IMG/VR virus record: IMGVR_UViG_2974506496_000001
Coordinates: 64,001 to 128,000 of that record
Strand: one strand, 5' to 3'
DNA from: a virus
Lineage: Duplodnaviria; Caudoviricetes
Length of the DNA stretch: 64,000 nt
This document shows, piece after piece, positions 36,832-46,373 of this stretch. Within the stretch, counting starts at the first letter, position 1. Every line of letters begins with the position of its first letter. The notes under the pieces are model-generated. The model saw only the letters and a program-made list of their open reading frames with translations, searched no databases and had not been told where the DNA came from. Made by a program: the position numbers and the translations under genes.

Positions 36832-38148
36832 ATGTCAAGCAAAAAAGCAGCCAAAGTCAATCCAAAGAAACAACACAAACAAGCTGTTGCGCAGCAGACG
36901 CAGCAGGTTAACGGTGACCTGGAATGGGCCCGTGGTATCTTTAGCCATATCGACAGCTATTTTGTTCAGCAGGTGAATAACCTGGTGCACCGTCGTTATA
37001 AAGGCAGCGACAACTATCCGAAACATTTCGGTGCCCGTGTTGAGATCAATGAAAAGCACGGTCGCTACGACATCCTGAAATTCCTGAGCTGGGATGAAGC
37101 CGGTGTGCTGGATGACTTCGGTAACCAGACCGGTGAGTTCGAACTCGGCTATGTGCATTTCCATCGCCTGAAAGAGATCTCGCAGGATGCACACAAAAAC
37201 AACCGTCCGGTGGATATCGGCTGGGCGTATGCACCGCATGTTGATTTCGAACACTCCGTTGATGCAGCCATGAAAGCGGCAGCAAAACATGATCACTTCG
37301 AAGCGGCGGTGCGCGCACATCTGCAAGGCGCACTGGATGTCTATGCGACACTGGTCGATGAACTCAAAGCTGAATACCAGCCTGAGAACGCAGACGGCCA
37401 ATACGTTGGCGTGTGTTTCTACTTCAACCCAGAAACCAACGTATTGGAATACGTGATGCAGAAACACGGCGTAACCGATCTGATCGACGGCAAAGCCTCT
37501 GAGCGTGACTTCCGTGATCTACCGGCTGGCGCAGAAGTTACTGGTCCAATCGTGGTGGATGGCGATACGGACTTCCGTAACTACAACTCCTGCATGCTGC
37601 GTCTGGTCAGTGAAGTGGCACGTTGGGAACGTATCAGTAAACCAAACAAAGAGTGCATGGAAACCGCAGCAACGGATCTGGTTGGTCGCATGATCACCAA
37701 TGCCGAAGCGGCGTTTGAGAAAGCCAAAGAGAAAGCCGCTGCTGAAGGTATCACAGCAGATCTCTCTCTGCGTTACAATGGTCTGCGTGGTCTGCTGGAA
37801 GTGGTCTACAAAGATGAGCTGGGTAATACCGCGCTGGTTGATATCGGTATGGACGCAGCCGCTGTGCTGTTGATCATGACCCGTATCGAACCGGATCTGC
37901 AGATGTACGTCACCCCACGTTTCAATAAAGCCTTTGTTGAGCGTTTCGGTGTAGGTGACCAGCACGTCAAAAATGACAACGGTGATGTGATTGCCACCGA
38001 AGTCCCGGCGCGTGGCCTGACTGCTGACTTCCTCGCTTTTGATGAACTCGCTGTCACTGGTCAGGCGTCACCGGTACAGGAGCTGGATGATGCGTTTGAT
38101 AAAGACGACGAACCGGCTGCTGATGAAAACTACGCCCTGAAGGCGTAA
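36832..38148 (+). CDS. Hypothetical protein
   Basis: 438 aa, AAGGA RBS, terminator after. Confidence 0.8.
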   Translation: MSSKKAAKVNPKKQHKQAVAQQTQQVNGDLEWARGIFSHIDSYFVQQVNNLVHRRYKGSDNYPKHFGARVEINEKHGRYDILKFLSWDEAGVLDDFGNQTGEFELGYVHFHRLKEISQDAHKNNRPVDIGWAYAPHVDFEHSVDAAMKAAAKHDHFEAAVRAHLQGALDVYATLVDELKAEYQPENADGQYVGVCFYFNPETNVLEYVMQKHGVTDLIDGKASERDFRDLPAGAEVTGPIVVDGDTDFRNYNSCMLRLVSEVARWERISKPNKECMETAATDLVGRMITNAEAAFEKAKEKAAAEGITADLSLRYNGLRGLLEVVYKDELGNTALVDIGMDAAAVLLIMTRIEPDLQMYVTPRFNKAFVERFGVGDQHVKNDNGDVIATEVPARGLTADFLAFDELAVTGQASPVQELDDAFDKDDEPAADENYALKA

Positions 38149-38236
38149 GTTCGGTTATGGGGGAGGGCTTAGGCTCTCCCTTTTAACAGTTATCTTTCTT
38201 TTTTATTTGATTTTTTACAATGCAGATTTTTTCAGA

Positions 38237-38255
38237 CCTATATGACGGAAGTGAA
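38237..38255 (+). promoter_or_regulatory. Putative phage promoter (variant)
   Basis: CCTATATGAC GGAA GTGAA. Confidence 0.55.
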
Positions 38256-38309
38256 TAGAGCCAGTAGTCACTGACTCGACAATCTTAATTCACTTACGAG
38301 GTATAGATT

Positions 38310-38747
38310 ATGAAACTGAATAAACTGCGTTATGTTCTTTCTAAGGGATTCATTTCTCTTTGTGCCGACAACATCGAAGCCATGGGCATGGAAAGAGTTA
38401 TCCGTATGGCCGAACGTCGTTACATGTTCGCTAACCCAAAAGCTGACGAAGTCGAAATTGACGAGTCTGATGTTAACCGTGCCCTTAGCATCGCTAAGAA
38501 CAAAGATGCACGCTATGACCGTATTGCTAACCTGTACTCTTGGTTGGCACGTAACATCTCTGGTGTTCGTAACACTGCGGCGTTAAACCGTGATGTAATG
38601 AAAAGCCTGTGGATGAGCTACCGCGGTTATATCACTGCAAACGCTCTGGAAGAACTGTGGGTGGTTACTAAGGTGTATGACAATGGTACTGACCTCGAAG
38701 TTGAGTTCAGTGAAGTTTGTGCCCTGATTGCCAACAGCGAAGTATAA
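38310..38747 (+). CDS. Hypothetical protein
   Basis: GAGG RBS; codon bias suggests high expression. Confidence 0.75.
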   Translation: MKLNKLRYVLSKGFISLCADNIEAMGMERVIRMAERRYMFANPKADEVEIDESDVNRALSIAKNKDARYDRIANLYSWLARNISGVRNTAALNRDVMKSLWMSYRGYITANALEELWVVTKVYDNGTDLEVEFSEVCALIANSEV

Positions 38748-38757
38748 GGAGCACATT

Positions 38758-39243
38758 ATGTCAAACGGGGTAATGTGGATGATGCTAGCGGCCTGTATCG
38801 CTATCGGCTTCAAGATTATCGGTACGGCCTTATCTTCCCCGGCCTCGACCGTTGCAGATCTAAAACGCTGGGCTTCTATTAAGACACCAGATTTCATTGA
38901 TGCGGCTTTCACCGGGGAAACGATGTATTGCATTACTGAGCGTACTGCGAAACGCCATTTGGAACTTTATGGACCAGACGGTATCGTGGGAATGTACAGT
39001 GATGTGTTTGATGAACTTAGACAATGTACCACTATGGACGGGTGGTTAATCGACGGTAGGATTGTCGACAATAAAAACGGAGCAGTACAGATCGCCTTGA
39101 CCATGACCCGCAACGAAGTGGTTCTCAATAAAGCATACGTTGTCCCATACTTGCAAATCCTGCGAGTCACCGACACGTTCTCTCCTGAGATTCTCCGTCG
39201 TTCTGTTCGTGATGTTCAGGTTATTAATGCAAATGTTGTTTGA
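38758..39243 (+). CDS. Hypothetical protein with signal/TM N-terminus
   Basis: AAGGAG RBS before ATG 38758. Confidence 0.7.
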   Translation: MSNGVMWMMLAACIAIGFKIIGTALSSPASTVADLKRWASIKTPDFIDAAFTGETMYCITERTAKRHLELYGPDGIVGMYSDVFDELRQCTTMDGWLIDGRIVDNKNGAVQIALTMTRNEVVLNKAYVVPYLQILRVTDTFSPEILRRSVRDVQVINANVV

Positions 39244-39458
39244 TCCCTCCGAATTTTAGGCCAGGTGCAAACCTGGCCTTTATGCCGGCCTGGGAATGGT
39301 ACCCGTTATGCCACTATCAATTAACCAAAATGTAGAAATGGTAGATTGGCCTAACCAAGGGCCAACTACCTAGCCGTCATACTGCGCTGGGGGTTCGATG
39401 TAACCCCCAGGCAACCCTTATCTATTTAACCTAATTTAACACCAGGGAATTTACTAAA

Positions 39459-39623
39459 ATGGCTTTTATCAAATCACTGTTCCACAAAGCGTCTTCTACT
39501 ACCCCTGTTAACATCAGCGTAATCGAAGCCCAGCTGGAAGAGACCCAACGTATCCTGAACCGTTTAAACAAACATCAGGCATCAGCCGTCCGTGGCGAAC
39601 GTACTCGCCACAATCACCACTGA
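39459..39623 (+). CDS. 54-aa small protein (not in ORF track)
   Basis: MAFIKSLFHKASSTTPVNISVIEAQLEETQRILNRLNKHQASAVRGERTRHNHH*; AGGGA upstream. Confidence 0.5.
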   Translation: MAFIKSLFHKASSTTPVNISVIEAQLEETQRILNRLNKHQASAVRGERTRHNHH

Positions 39624-39669
39624 GTGGTGTGTACGAAAGCAAGAAAAGTGTAGTGCAGAAAATCTCACA

Positions 39670-39688
39670 CCTATATAACCTGGGTGAT
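39670..39688 (+). promoter_or_regulatory. Putative phage promoter (variant)
   Basis: CCTATATAAC CTGG GTGAT. Confidence 0.6.
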
Positions 39689-39748
39689 ATACAGTAGTAA
39701 ATCAATTGCAGTAACCAACTTAACCTAATTGTCTTGTGAGGTATTATC

Positions 39749-40378
39749 ATGTCAAACGTACTCGAACTGAACACAACTCCTTCTAACCCGGCAATGGCTG
39801 AAGCTTTCCGTAAAGCAGCAACCAAGGATCTCTCGCCGGAACTGGGCGGTGATACCTTACAAGCCGAATTAGCGAACATGGAACGTGCAAAAACTGAGCC
39901 TGAATCAAACACTGCACGTCTGGCCAAAACCTTAGCGGGCATGACTTCTTCTGTGAAGGACATGAACGAGACGCTGCACGAAGCAGCAGGAGTGAACACC
40001 ATGCATCACACTGATGGCGCTGATAACATGTTCAGCGAAGTAGAAGAAATGATCGAGCCTGAATTCACTGGCAGTCATGGTCGTGTCAAAGCCATGGCGC
40101 TGCTGTCAGCGGGTTCATTGATTGCGACTACTGCTACTGCTGCGTTATTCACACGTAACAGCAAGACTGTCAAATCAGTCGCAGTAACGGGTCTGTTAAC
40201 CAGCAGCATGCTGATCGGCATGGAAGCGATTCAGGCTAAACGTAATCCGTCTGTGGCGGATCGTCTGGTCATGGGCAAGAAACGTGCCGCCAAGTTACTG
40301 GGCGGTGGTCTGGCAATCGGTGCGGCAACCATGTCAATCGGTTTAACTGTAGGTCGTATCTTTAACTCCGGAGAGTAA
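39749..40378 (+). CDS. Membrane protein, Gly/Ala-rich helices
   Basis: Three C-terminal small-residue hydrophobic helices. Confidence 0.7.
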   Translation: MSNVLELNTTPSNPAMAEAFRKAATKDLSPELGGDTLQAELANMERAKTEPESNTARLAKTLAGMTSSVKDMNETLHEAAGVNTMHHTDGADNMFSEVEEMIEPEFTGSHGRVKAMALLSAGSLIATTATAALFTRNSKTVKSVAVTGLLTSSMLIGMEAIQAKRNPSVADRLVMGKKRAAKLLGGGLAIGAATMSIGLTVGRIFNSGE

Positions 40379-40379
40379 C

Positions 40380-40760
40380 ATGAGCCAGTTATTCGAGAAC
40401 ATCGATGACGTCATCGAACCAGTAGTCGATCTGAATGTGGCGAAACGTACCCTGATGTTAGCATCCGGGGTACGAGCTGTAGCACTGGCAGTGGGTGTCG
40501 GTGTCGGCGCAGCTGCCATGAAGATCAAACCTTCAACTGCGGTGAAAGCCGCAGTGATCCCAGCGGTGATCGAACTCGGTGCAACTTACCTCGGGGTGAG
40601 TCGTGCCAGCGAAGTCGAGATCCTGGATAAAGAAGCAACTGTCAGCAACAAATCACACCTCAACGATGCAGCCGTCAATTTCATTGCCGGTGCCGTTGCC
40701 ATTGTAGGCGGTGCAGTCATTGCCCGTGTACTCAAAGGGCCGGAAACACCGGCTGAATAA
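40380..40760 (+). CDS. Membrane protein, Gly/Ala-rich helices
   Basis: AKRTLM motif, GxxxG helices. Confidence 0.7.
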   Translation: MSQLFENIDDVIEPVVDLNVAKRTLMLASGVRAVALAVGVGVGAAAMKIKPSTAVKAAVIPAVIELGATYLGVSRASEVEILDKEATVSNKSHLNDAAVNFIAGAVAIVGGAVIARVLKGPETPAE

Positions 40761-40775
40761 TCCCAGTAAAGGAAC

Positions 40776-40970
40776 ATGACCATGTTTAACAAAACCTGCG
40801 AACAGAAAGAGCCAGCTTGTGAAGTCACCATCAATCTTAACGTACAGATCGTAGGCATGGCCGTGGGTTGTGTTCTTGCGCAGAGTGAGAACACCATGGT
40901 CAAAGCCGGCGGCGTGGGCTTGGTAGCCGCGTCCTTCCTGGGCATGATTAAGAAACTGTCTAAACTGTAA
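40776..40970 (+). CDS. Small membrane protein
   Basis: AAGGA RBS; two short hydrophobic helices. Confidence 0.55.
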   Translation: MTMFNKTCEQKEPACEVTINLNVQIVGMAVGCVLAQSENTMVKAGGVGLVAASFLGMIKKLSKL

Positions 40971-41036
40971 TTCCTTGTAGTAACCAAACCCAATCAAACT
41001 CACTGTAATTAACCTAACTGTAAAAGAGAGAATATC

Positions 41037-41336
41037 ATGGAAAACATCAACGCATCTGCAATCAACGAAACTGCTAAAACTGCTGGCGCTACTGTTGAAG
41101 GTATCGTAAAAGAAACCATGTTCGCGAAAGTGGCAGAAGCTGTCGAACCAACTGTTGCGAAGAAGATCGCCAAACGCACCCTGATGGCAGGCGGCGTGTT
41201 AGCGCTCTGTGGTCTGGGTTACTTCGGCTACCGTGCACTGAAGAAAACCAAAGCAGTCGTAATCATCACCGAAGGCGATGCAGCTAACGAAACCACCACT
41301 GACACCACCGTGGTAGCAGACGACACTGCTGCGTAA
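41037..41336 (+). CDS. Single-pass membrane protein
   Basis: AKRTLMAGGVLALCGLGYFGY. Confidence 0.7.
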   Translation: MENINASAINETAKTAGATVEGIVKETMFAKVAEAVEPTVAKKIAKRTLMAGGVLALCGLGYFGYRALKKTKAVVIITEGDAANETTTDTTVVADDTAA

Positions 41337-41406
41337 TTTTGTGAGGGCTAGGATATCCTAGCCCTTTCCTTTCTCACTCTTTTTTTTTGTTAAAGTAGGG
41401 ACGCCC

Positions 41407-41877
41407 ATGCATGCAATCACAACCGGTACCGTCGCTATTCTGATCTTCATCACCTTCTTGTTTATTTCAGAATGGCGATTAAAGGTAAGTAAGAACCTTA
41501 TCTTCAAAGAAGTCACCCGAATCGCGTACTCGATTATTCGCTATACCGACGTCAAGCAGATCACCCCGGAGATCTACCTTATTGCGGCTGAACTACAAAA
41601 CCGCATGGTAAAGGTAGGGAACTTCAGCGTGACCGAGAAGGACCGGGAAGTCGCCATGACGATTGCCAAGTACATTTCAATCTTTGGCAACCAGCGGGTG
41701 CGTGATCCGGTTATCCTGTTGCACGTGATCGCCAGACGGCTAAATGAGTTCGATGGGATATCCGCTAAATCGCTGGTCTCCACCAATGGCCGCCTGGAGC
41801 TCGTTATAGGGCGTGATGACGCCACAGACTATGATCGGGTCATCTATCGCTTCAACTCCCCGCAGACGCTCTTCTAG
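41407..41877 (+). CDS. Hypothetical protein with N-terminal TM helix
   Basis: 156 aa ORF. Confidence 0.65.
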   Translation: MHAITTGTVAILIFITFLFISEWRLKVSKNLIFKEVTRIAYSIIRYTDVKQITPEIYLIAAELQNRMVKVGNFSVTEKDREVAMTIAKYISIFGNQRVRDPVILLHVIARRLNEFDGISAKSLVSTNGRLELVIGRDDATDYDRVIYRFNSPQTLF

Positions 41878-41913
41878 GCCGGCATAAGGGGCAGGGTTTC
41901 CCCCGCCCACTTA

Positions 41914-42552
41914 TTAACTGGTTAACCGTGCTTCGTAATCCGCAATGATCGTGCGTAACTGGGCAATGGTGTTGTTGGCTTCCAGCAATTGTGCATGTTC
42001 CGTTGTCCGGCGCTTAATGGCGTTCAAACGGTTCTGCTCGGCCAATCGATATTGCTCAGCCGTCACGGCATTAGTAGAAGGAGCCACCGCAATCGCAATG
42101 GTAGGTTCTATCCCGATCAAATCACTGATCGCTGCTTTAATCACATCTTGTGTTTGTTGCAATTGATCAATGATCGCCGACGGCACTGCACCCAGCGACA
42201 TCGACATGACAATGTACTGATATTGAATTGCCGAGTCATCAGGGAACTGGGTGATGTACGTACTGGGGATGTAGATCGGGGTACGGCCTACCGCGCTTAA
42301 GGTGATGATGTTCGCCGCCACCAATACATCCGCATCCATGTCCGCTTGCTTTAACCCCACCGGGGTATAGACACGCGCCAGAATGTCCACGCCTAAAGCC
42401 TGGAGCTCCTGGAAGGTACGAATGGCTTGCACGGTATAGATCACACCTGGATCAACCCGAGCAAAATCCGTGACGTTGGCCGCACCCATATACGGGGTGG
42501 CGACTTTGAACAACCCCTTCGTTAGAATGGGTGGGGTTAATGACGTTGCCAT
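41914..42552 (-). CDS. Putative virion structural protein
   Basis: AGGAG RBS; C-terminal coiled coil; core-region context. Confidence 0.6.
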   Translation of the reverse strand: MATSLTPPILTKGLFKVATPYMGAANVTDFARVDPGVIYTVQAIRTFQELQALGVDILARVYTPVGLKQADMDADVLVAANIITLSAVGRTPIYIPSTYITQFPDDSAIQYQYIVMSMSLGAVPSAIIDQLQQTQDVIKAAISDLIGIEPTIAIAVAPSTNAVTAEQYRLAEQNRLNAIKRRTTEHAQLLEANNTIAQLRTIIADYEARLTS

Positions 42553-42562
42553 GGACTACTCC

Positions 42563-43924
42563 TTATGTATACAGTGACTCAACATAAGGTTTCGCCACGA
42601 CTAAAAACTTAATGCCATTAACAGACTTCGCTGCACAGATTACACCGTCACGCACCACGCGGGAGATCTCTGATGGCAACTCACTGAACTCCGACATGGT
42701 CTCAGCGGCAATCAGCATCTGTTGCATGGCAAAGATAAACGCCTGGGTGTCTGGCGAGATACGGTCAAACTCCACATCGTCAGACGGTAGTAAGGCATAA
42801 TCCGGGTAGAGCTCTTTCAGCTTGATCTGACCGCCGCGGTTAGTCGGTTTCGCCACGCTGTAGAGTGCCAGGGATTTGTGCAATGCCGGGAAGACCTGCA
42901 GTGACGCTTTGATGTGATCGGCCGGATACCACTTCATTACCTTGGTCGGCATCTCCAGCATTGTTTCATAATCCACAACCGGCGAGTTGGTACCCGTTTC
43001 GGTGGTTTTGTTAGGAATGCTATAGGAGCGCCAGTCAGGTGCAATGACATACTCGATCGGGTTAAAAAGATCAGGGATGACCAACGCCCACTCATCTTCA
43101 CCGAACTTTGAGTTCGCCAGGATATCGGCTTTCAGCAACTCATAGATCGCATCATCGTTGTTACCGTTCTTACCGTAACCGACGATGGTGAAATATCCCG
43201 TCTGCCATTTACTGGTATTCTCTTTGTCGTAGATCTTGAATTCAATATCACGGACAAAGGTCGGCGGATTAATGCCCATGATGGCATTAATGTTCTTGGC
43301 GATATCGCCTTTCGTTACCGAATCGATTGCAGTTTTTGCTGTTGCGTAATCTTCGTGCAACACATCAATTTGGCTCAATGGGACAGGATAGTCAGCAAAG
43401 AGTTCATAGCGCGGGTAGCTCAGCTCGAACGACTCATCAGATAACCAAATCTTGATGGTGTTGTCATCGCTGCCGCTCAGTTTACCTGAGACCCATTCAG
43501 GCGCCCAGTACTTACCGTCAGTGATCATGTCACCGATTGCTAAGTTTTCCCATGACGTATCGAAGTCTGCTTTGATCTGCTGCAGCGCAATCGTCTTGTC
43601 ATTGGTGAAACGACCATCAGCAATACGTACGAGCATCCACGCCTGCAAACTAAGGATTGCCAGACTGTAAGTATTTGCTAATTGGAACGCTACGTTATTC
43701 TCATCAACTGCTGTGAAAACAAGTAGAGCAGTACCTGGTTTATCCGTGTTAGTGTACGTCCCAATATCCCGTGAAAAAGACATTGAGAGTTGCGATATTT
43801 CGCCAATGGGGTTAGTAACACCTTTCTGGTTGTTATTCAGTGACGGATACACCGAAAACCCTAAGATCGTTTTCATAGCTCGCCCTTTACATGGGATGGG
43901 ATTAAGATACATAACATTTAACAC
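42563..43924 (-). CDS. Putative virion structural protein
   Basis: Long ORF, real start probably MKTILGF; core-region context. Confidence 0.6.
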   Translation of the reverse strand: MLNVMYLNPIPCKGRAMKTILGFSVYPSLNNNQKGVTNPIGEISQLSMSFSRDIGTYTNTDKPGTALLVFTAVDENNVAFQLANTYSLAILSLQAWMLVRIADGRFTNDKTIALQQIKADFDTSWENLAIGDMITDGKYWAPEWVSGKLSGSDDNTIKIWLSDESFELSYPRYELFADYPVPLSQIDVLHEDYATAKTAIDSVTKGDIAKNINAIMGINPPTFVRDIEFKIYDKENTSKWQTGYFTIVGYGKNGNNDDAIYELLKADILANSKFGEDEWALVIPDLFNPIEYVIAPDWRSYSIPNKTTETGTNSPVVDYETMLEMPTKVMKWYPADHIKASLQVFPALHKSLALYSVAKPTNRGGQIKLKELYPDYALLPSDDVEFDRISPDTQAFIFAMQQMLIAAETMSEFSELPSEISRVVRDGVICAAKSVNGIKFLVVAKPYVESLYT

Positions 43925-43954
43925 AGTGTACGAGGGCCTGTAGGGAGACGAGAC

Positions 43955-44362
43955 GTGTTGTGGTTAAAGCTATTCTTTTGGAGTCTTCCTTTCATAAAAA
44001 AGCGGTCAAAGACTTTCATGGCCGATGGAGCGACTCGTTATAATGCATCGAAAAAAGCACGGGGTTGGTTCTACGCTATTTCGATGTCATTCTTTCTATT
44101 CCTTGGCATCCTTACCTGGGGCTACCGCCAGTATGACTACCTGTCCAAACAGAACCGTCATATGACTGAAGAGATCTCCCAGCTTAAAGGTCGCATCAAC
44201 ATCTACCCTACTCTTTCTGATACAATTGAACAGAACCGTTTGTTATTGACACAAAACCATGATCTTGCAGAGGAACTCATTAAAACTCGTCAAAACAATA
44301 ACGAGTTATATAAAGAGAACCAAAAACTGCAAAGTCAGCTTGAAAAAGCATTAGGTAAATGA
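43955..44362 (+). CDS. Membrane-anchored coiled-coil protein
   Basis: TM helix followed by heptad-rich C-terminus. Confidence 0.65.
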   Translation: MLWLKLFFWSLPFIKKRSKTFMADGATRYNASKKARGWFYAISMSFFLFLGILTWGYRQYDYLSKQNRHMTEEISQLKGRINIYPTLSDTIEQNRLLLTQNHDLAEELIKTRQNNNELYKENQKLQSQLEKALGK

Positions 44363-44415
44363 TGAACACCCGTTTTGGTAATTTATTACGTAGTTGATCA
44401 ATTATAAGAGAGATA

Positions 44416-45957
44416 TTGTTTATTCGAGGGTGTTTCATGGACAAGTTACCAAGTACCGCACTGCCAAAGGTGTCAATGGTTTTATACACCGATGGCGGTT
44501 GTCGTCAAAACATCGGAGGCTGGGGAATACATGGTTATTCCTGGCTGGTTGAAGACGATGACAAAAAGAAAAAGAAAAAGCCGGCGCGTGACGTCCCGTC
44601 AACGACTGGCTACATTGTAAAAGACGATCCGAAACTCGACAGTCGTGAAGTGGTCAGGCCCCACGAAGTGATTGAAGGGTTCGGTGGGATTTTACCTAAC
44701 ACCACAAATAACGTTGCGGAACTTACGGCAACTATTAATGGTATTGACTTAGCACTGCAGCAGAACACAGAAAAGCTCCTCGTCATCTCCGATTCCAAAT
44801 ATGTCGGCGACAATGCAAAGAACCAATTGCATCGTTGGATGAAAGCCGGCTGGAAGAAAGCGGATGGCGGGGATGTTGCCAACAAAGAGCTGTGGGAAAC
44901 CCTCAGCAGCAAACTTGATGAGCTGAAGTACCGCGGCATCTCGTTTGACATCGAATGGCTGAAAGGGCACGCGGGTCACCGTGGAAATCAGTTCGCTGAC
45001 TACATGGCAACCCGTGGTGTCTTTAAAGGCCGTGTTGGTGACGCTACCCCGTATTATCAGATCCAGGATGCCGGCGAGTACGATAAGTACAAAACTGAAC
45101 GTCCGCGCTTTGTCACGCACTCGCGCTGGTACTTCACGTTACAGACTGAAAAGTTGATGAACAAGAACGAACAGGGCTTGTACGAGTATTGCTTTGGCCA
45201 CCCAAGTAAAGGGGATGCTGATCAGCAGTACTTAGGCAAAGCGTTAGCCGACACCGCCTTTAGCGTGGTGTGGTTGAAAGCACCTGAAGAGTGTTTGGAT
45301 CTGGTTTATTCACGCACCAAAGAGATCGCTACCGACGTTTACGGTAACGCCTTCATTGGTCGCCTGGATAACATTTACAACTCATTCATTCACAAAGAGA
45401 TCATGGACTACGGCGGGTCGTTATTGCAACGTGCGAATAAGTACAACAATGACATCACCAACTGTACCGATGCTCAAGTGGTGCGTGAGTGTAACCCGCC
45501 AGGTATCTCTTACCGGGCACTGTCGAATTTAGGACAGCTTAGTAAGATCCTGAATGAATTTGTCAGCGACAGTTTACCTGCGACAACCAGGGTGGTAGAG
45601 ATTACTGACAAAATCTACCAGACCGTGAAAGGTAAGAAAGAAGATAAGCTGGCATTGCTCGGTTCGATTCGTCAAACCGACAAAGCGCTCAAGTTCGATG
45701 TACCGTGTGATGTACTCGACAAAGCGATCTCCGTCGAAGTTACAGCCACGCTTGGATTGACCTTACCCAACCGTAATACGTTAAACGGTCTTACGGAACT
45801 CAATCCAAAGGTATACCTGTTCTTGACAAAAGAGTCCGACATTGCATTTCGCTACGGATCGATTGTGGTATGCGATGAAGGGTATTGCATCATGGCCAAC
45901 GTATACGCTGACCTGCGTACGCTGTCAAAAAAGGATCTGGAGCGTTGCGGGCAGTAA
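44416..45957 (+). CDS. rnhA: Ribonuclease HI with long C-terminal extension
   Basis: YTDGGC, TNNVAELTA, SDSKYV, WLKGHAGHRGNQFAD. Confidence 0.9.
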   Translation: MFIRGCFMDKLPSTALPKVSMVLYTDGGCRQNIGGWGIHGYSWLVEDDDKKKKKKPARDVPSTTGYIVKDDPKLDSREVVRPHEVIEGFGGILPNTTNNVAELTATINGIDLALQQNTEKLLVISDSKYVGDNAKNQLHRWMKAGWKKADGGDVANKELWETLSSKLDELKYRGISFDIEWLKGHAGHRGNQFADYMATRGVFKGRVGDATPYYQIQDAGEYDKYKTERPRFVTHSRWYFTLQTEKLMNKNEQGLYEYCFGHPSKGDADQQYLGKALADTAFSVVWLKAPEECLDLVYSRTKEIATDVYGNAFIGRLDNIYNSFIHKEIMDYGGSLLQRANKYNNDITNCTDAQVVRECNPPGISYRALSNLGQLSKILNEFVSDSLPATTRVVEITDKIYQTVKGKKEDKLALLGSIRQTDKALKFDVPCDVLDKAISVEVTATLGLTLPNRNTLNGLTELNPKVYLFLTKESDIAFRYGSIVVCDEGYCIMANVYADLRTLSKKDLERCGQ

Positions 45958-45967
45958 AGGGTGACTT

Positions 45968-46324
45968 GTGACCACGTTATTCGCCGGTGCACCAACCAAG
46001 CTTCCGATGATGGACCTGTCTGCGATCATTGATCCAGATAAGGATATCGAGTCTCGGCTTAAACGGAAACTGTTATTAACTTTCGTTTGTCATTGTCGAC
46101 GTCCTCGTGCGAGTGCAGATGAGCTTAACCGCACACATGCGCTATGCGAGGATTCGGCAGACGTTGAGCAGTGTCTTGATTACATCTCGCGCATGGGTCC
46201 TGAGTTCAGTGAAGCTTACGATGGTGTTGATCTTGAATGTGTGATGGATATCATCGGGCGTACGCCTGAATGGCTCCGTTACGGATCTGCTATTGAAATG
46301 TGGACAGACCTCAAGCAGTTGTAG
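45968..46324 (+). CDS. Hypothetical protein
   Basis: ORF ending at bidirectional terminator. Confidence 0.6.
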   Translation: MTTLFAGAPTKLPMMDLSAIIDPDKDIESRLKRKLLLTFVCHCRRPRASADELNRTHALCEDSADVEQCLDYISRMGPEFSEAYDGVDLECVMDIIGRTPEWLRYGSAIEMWTDLKQL

Positions 46325-46373
46325 GGCATAAGAGGAGGGCGTGAGCCCTCCTCTACTTTATGCTGCTTTTTTT
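46325..46373. terminator. Bidirectional terminator with TTATGC motif on both sides
   Basis: GGCATAA GAGGAGGGC-GTGA-GCCCTCCTC TACTTTATGCTGC plus T-run. Confidence 0.8.

Noticed and set aside
36835-37965. Long - strand ORFs opposite 36832..38148
   Set aside because: Codon-bias shadows of the sense gene
38008-38052. RGLTADFLAFDE as terminase/helicase Walker B
   Set aside because: Isolated motif in a disordered tail with no Walker A or ATPase context
39386-39412. tRNA suggested by GGTTCGA
   Set aside because: Loop too long for a T-arm; no acceptor, D or anticodon arms or CCA
43955-44362. Spanin/holin call
   Set aside because: TM plus coiled coil fits, but no linked lipoprotein or endolysin gene is seen nearby
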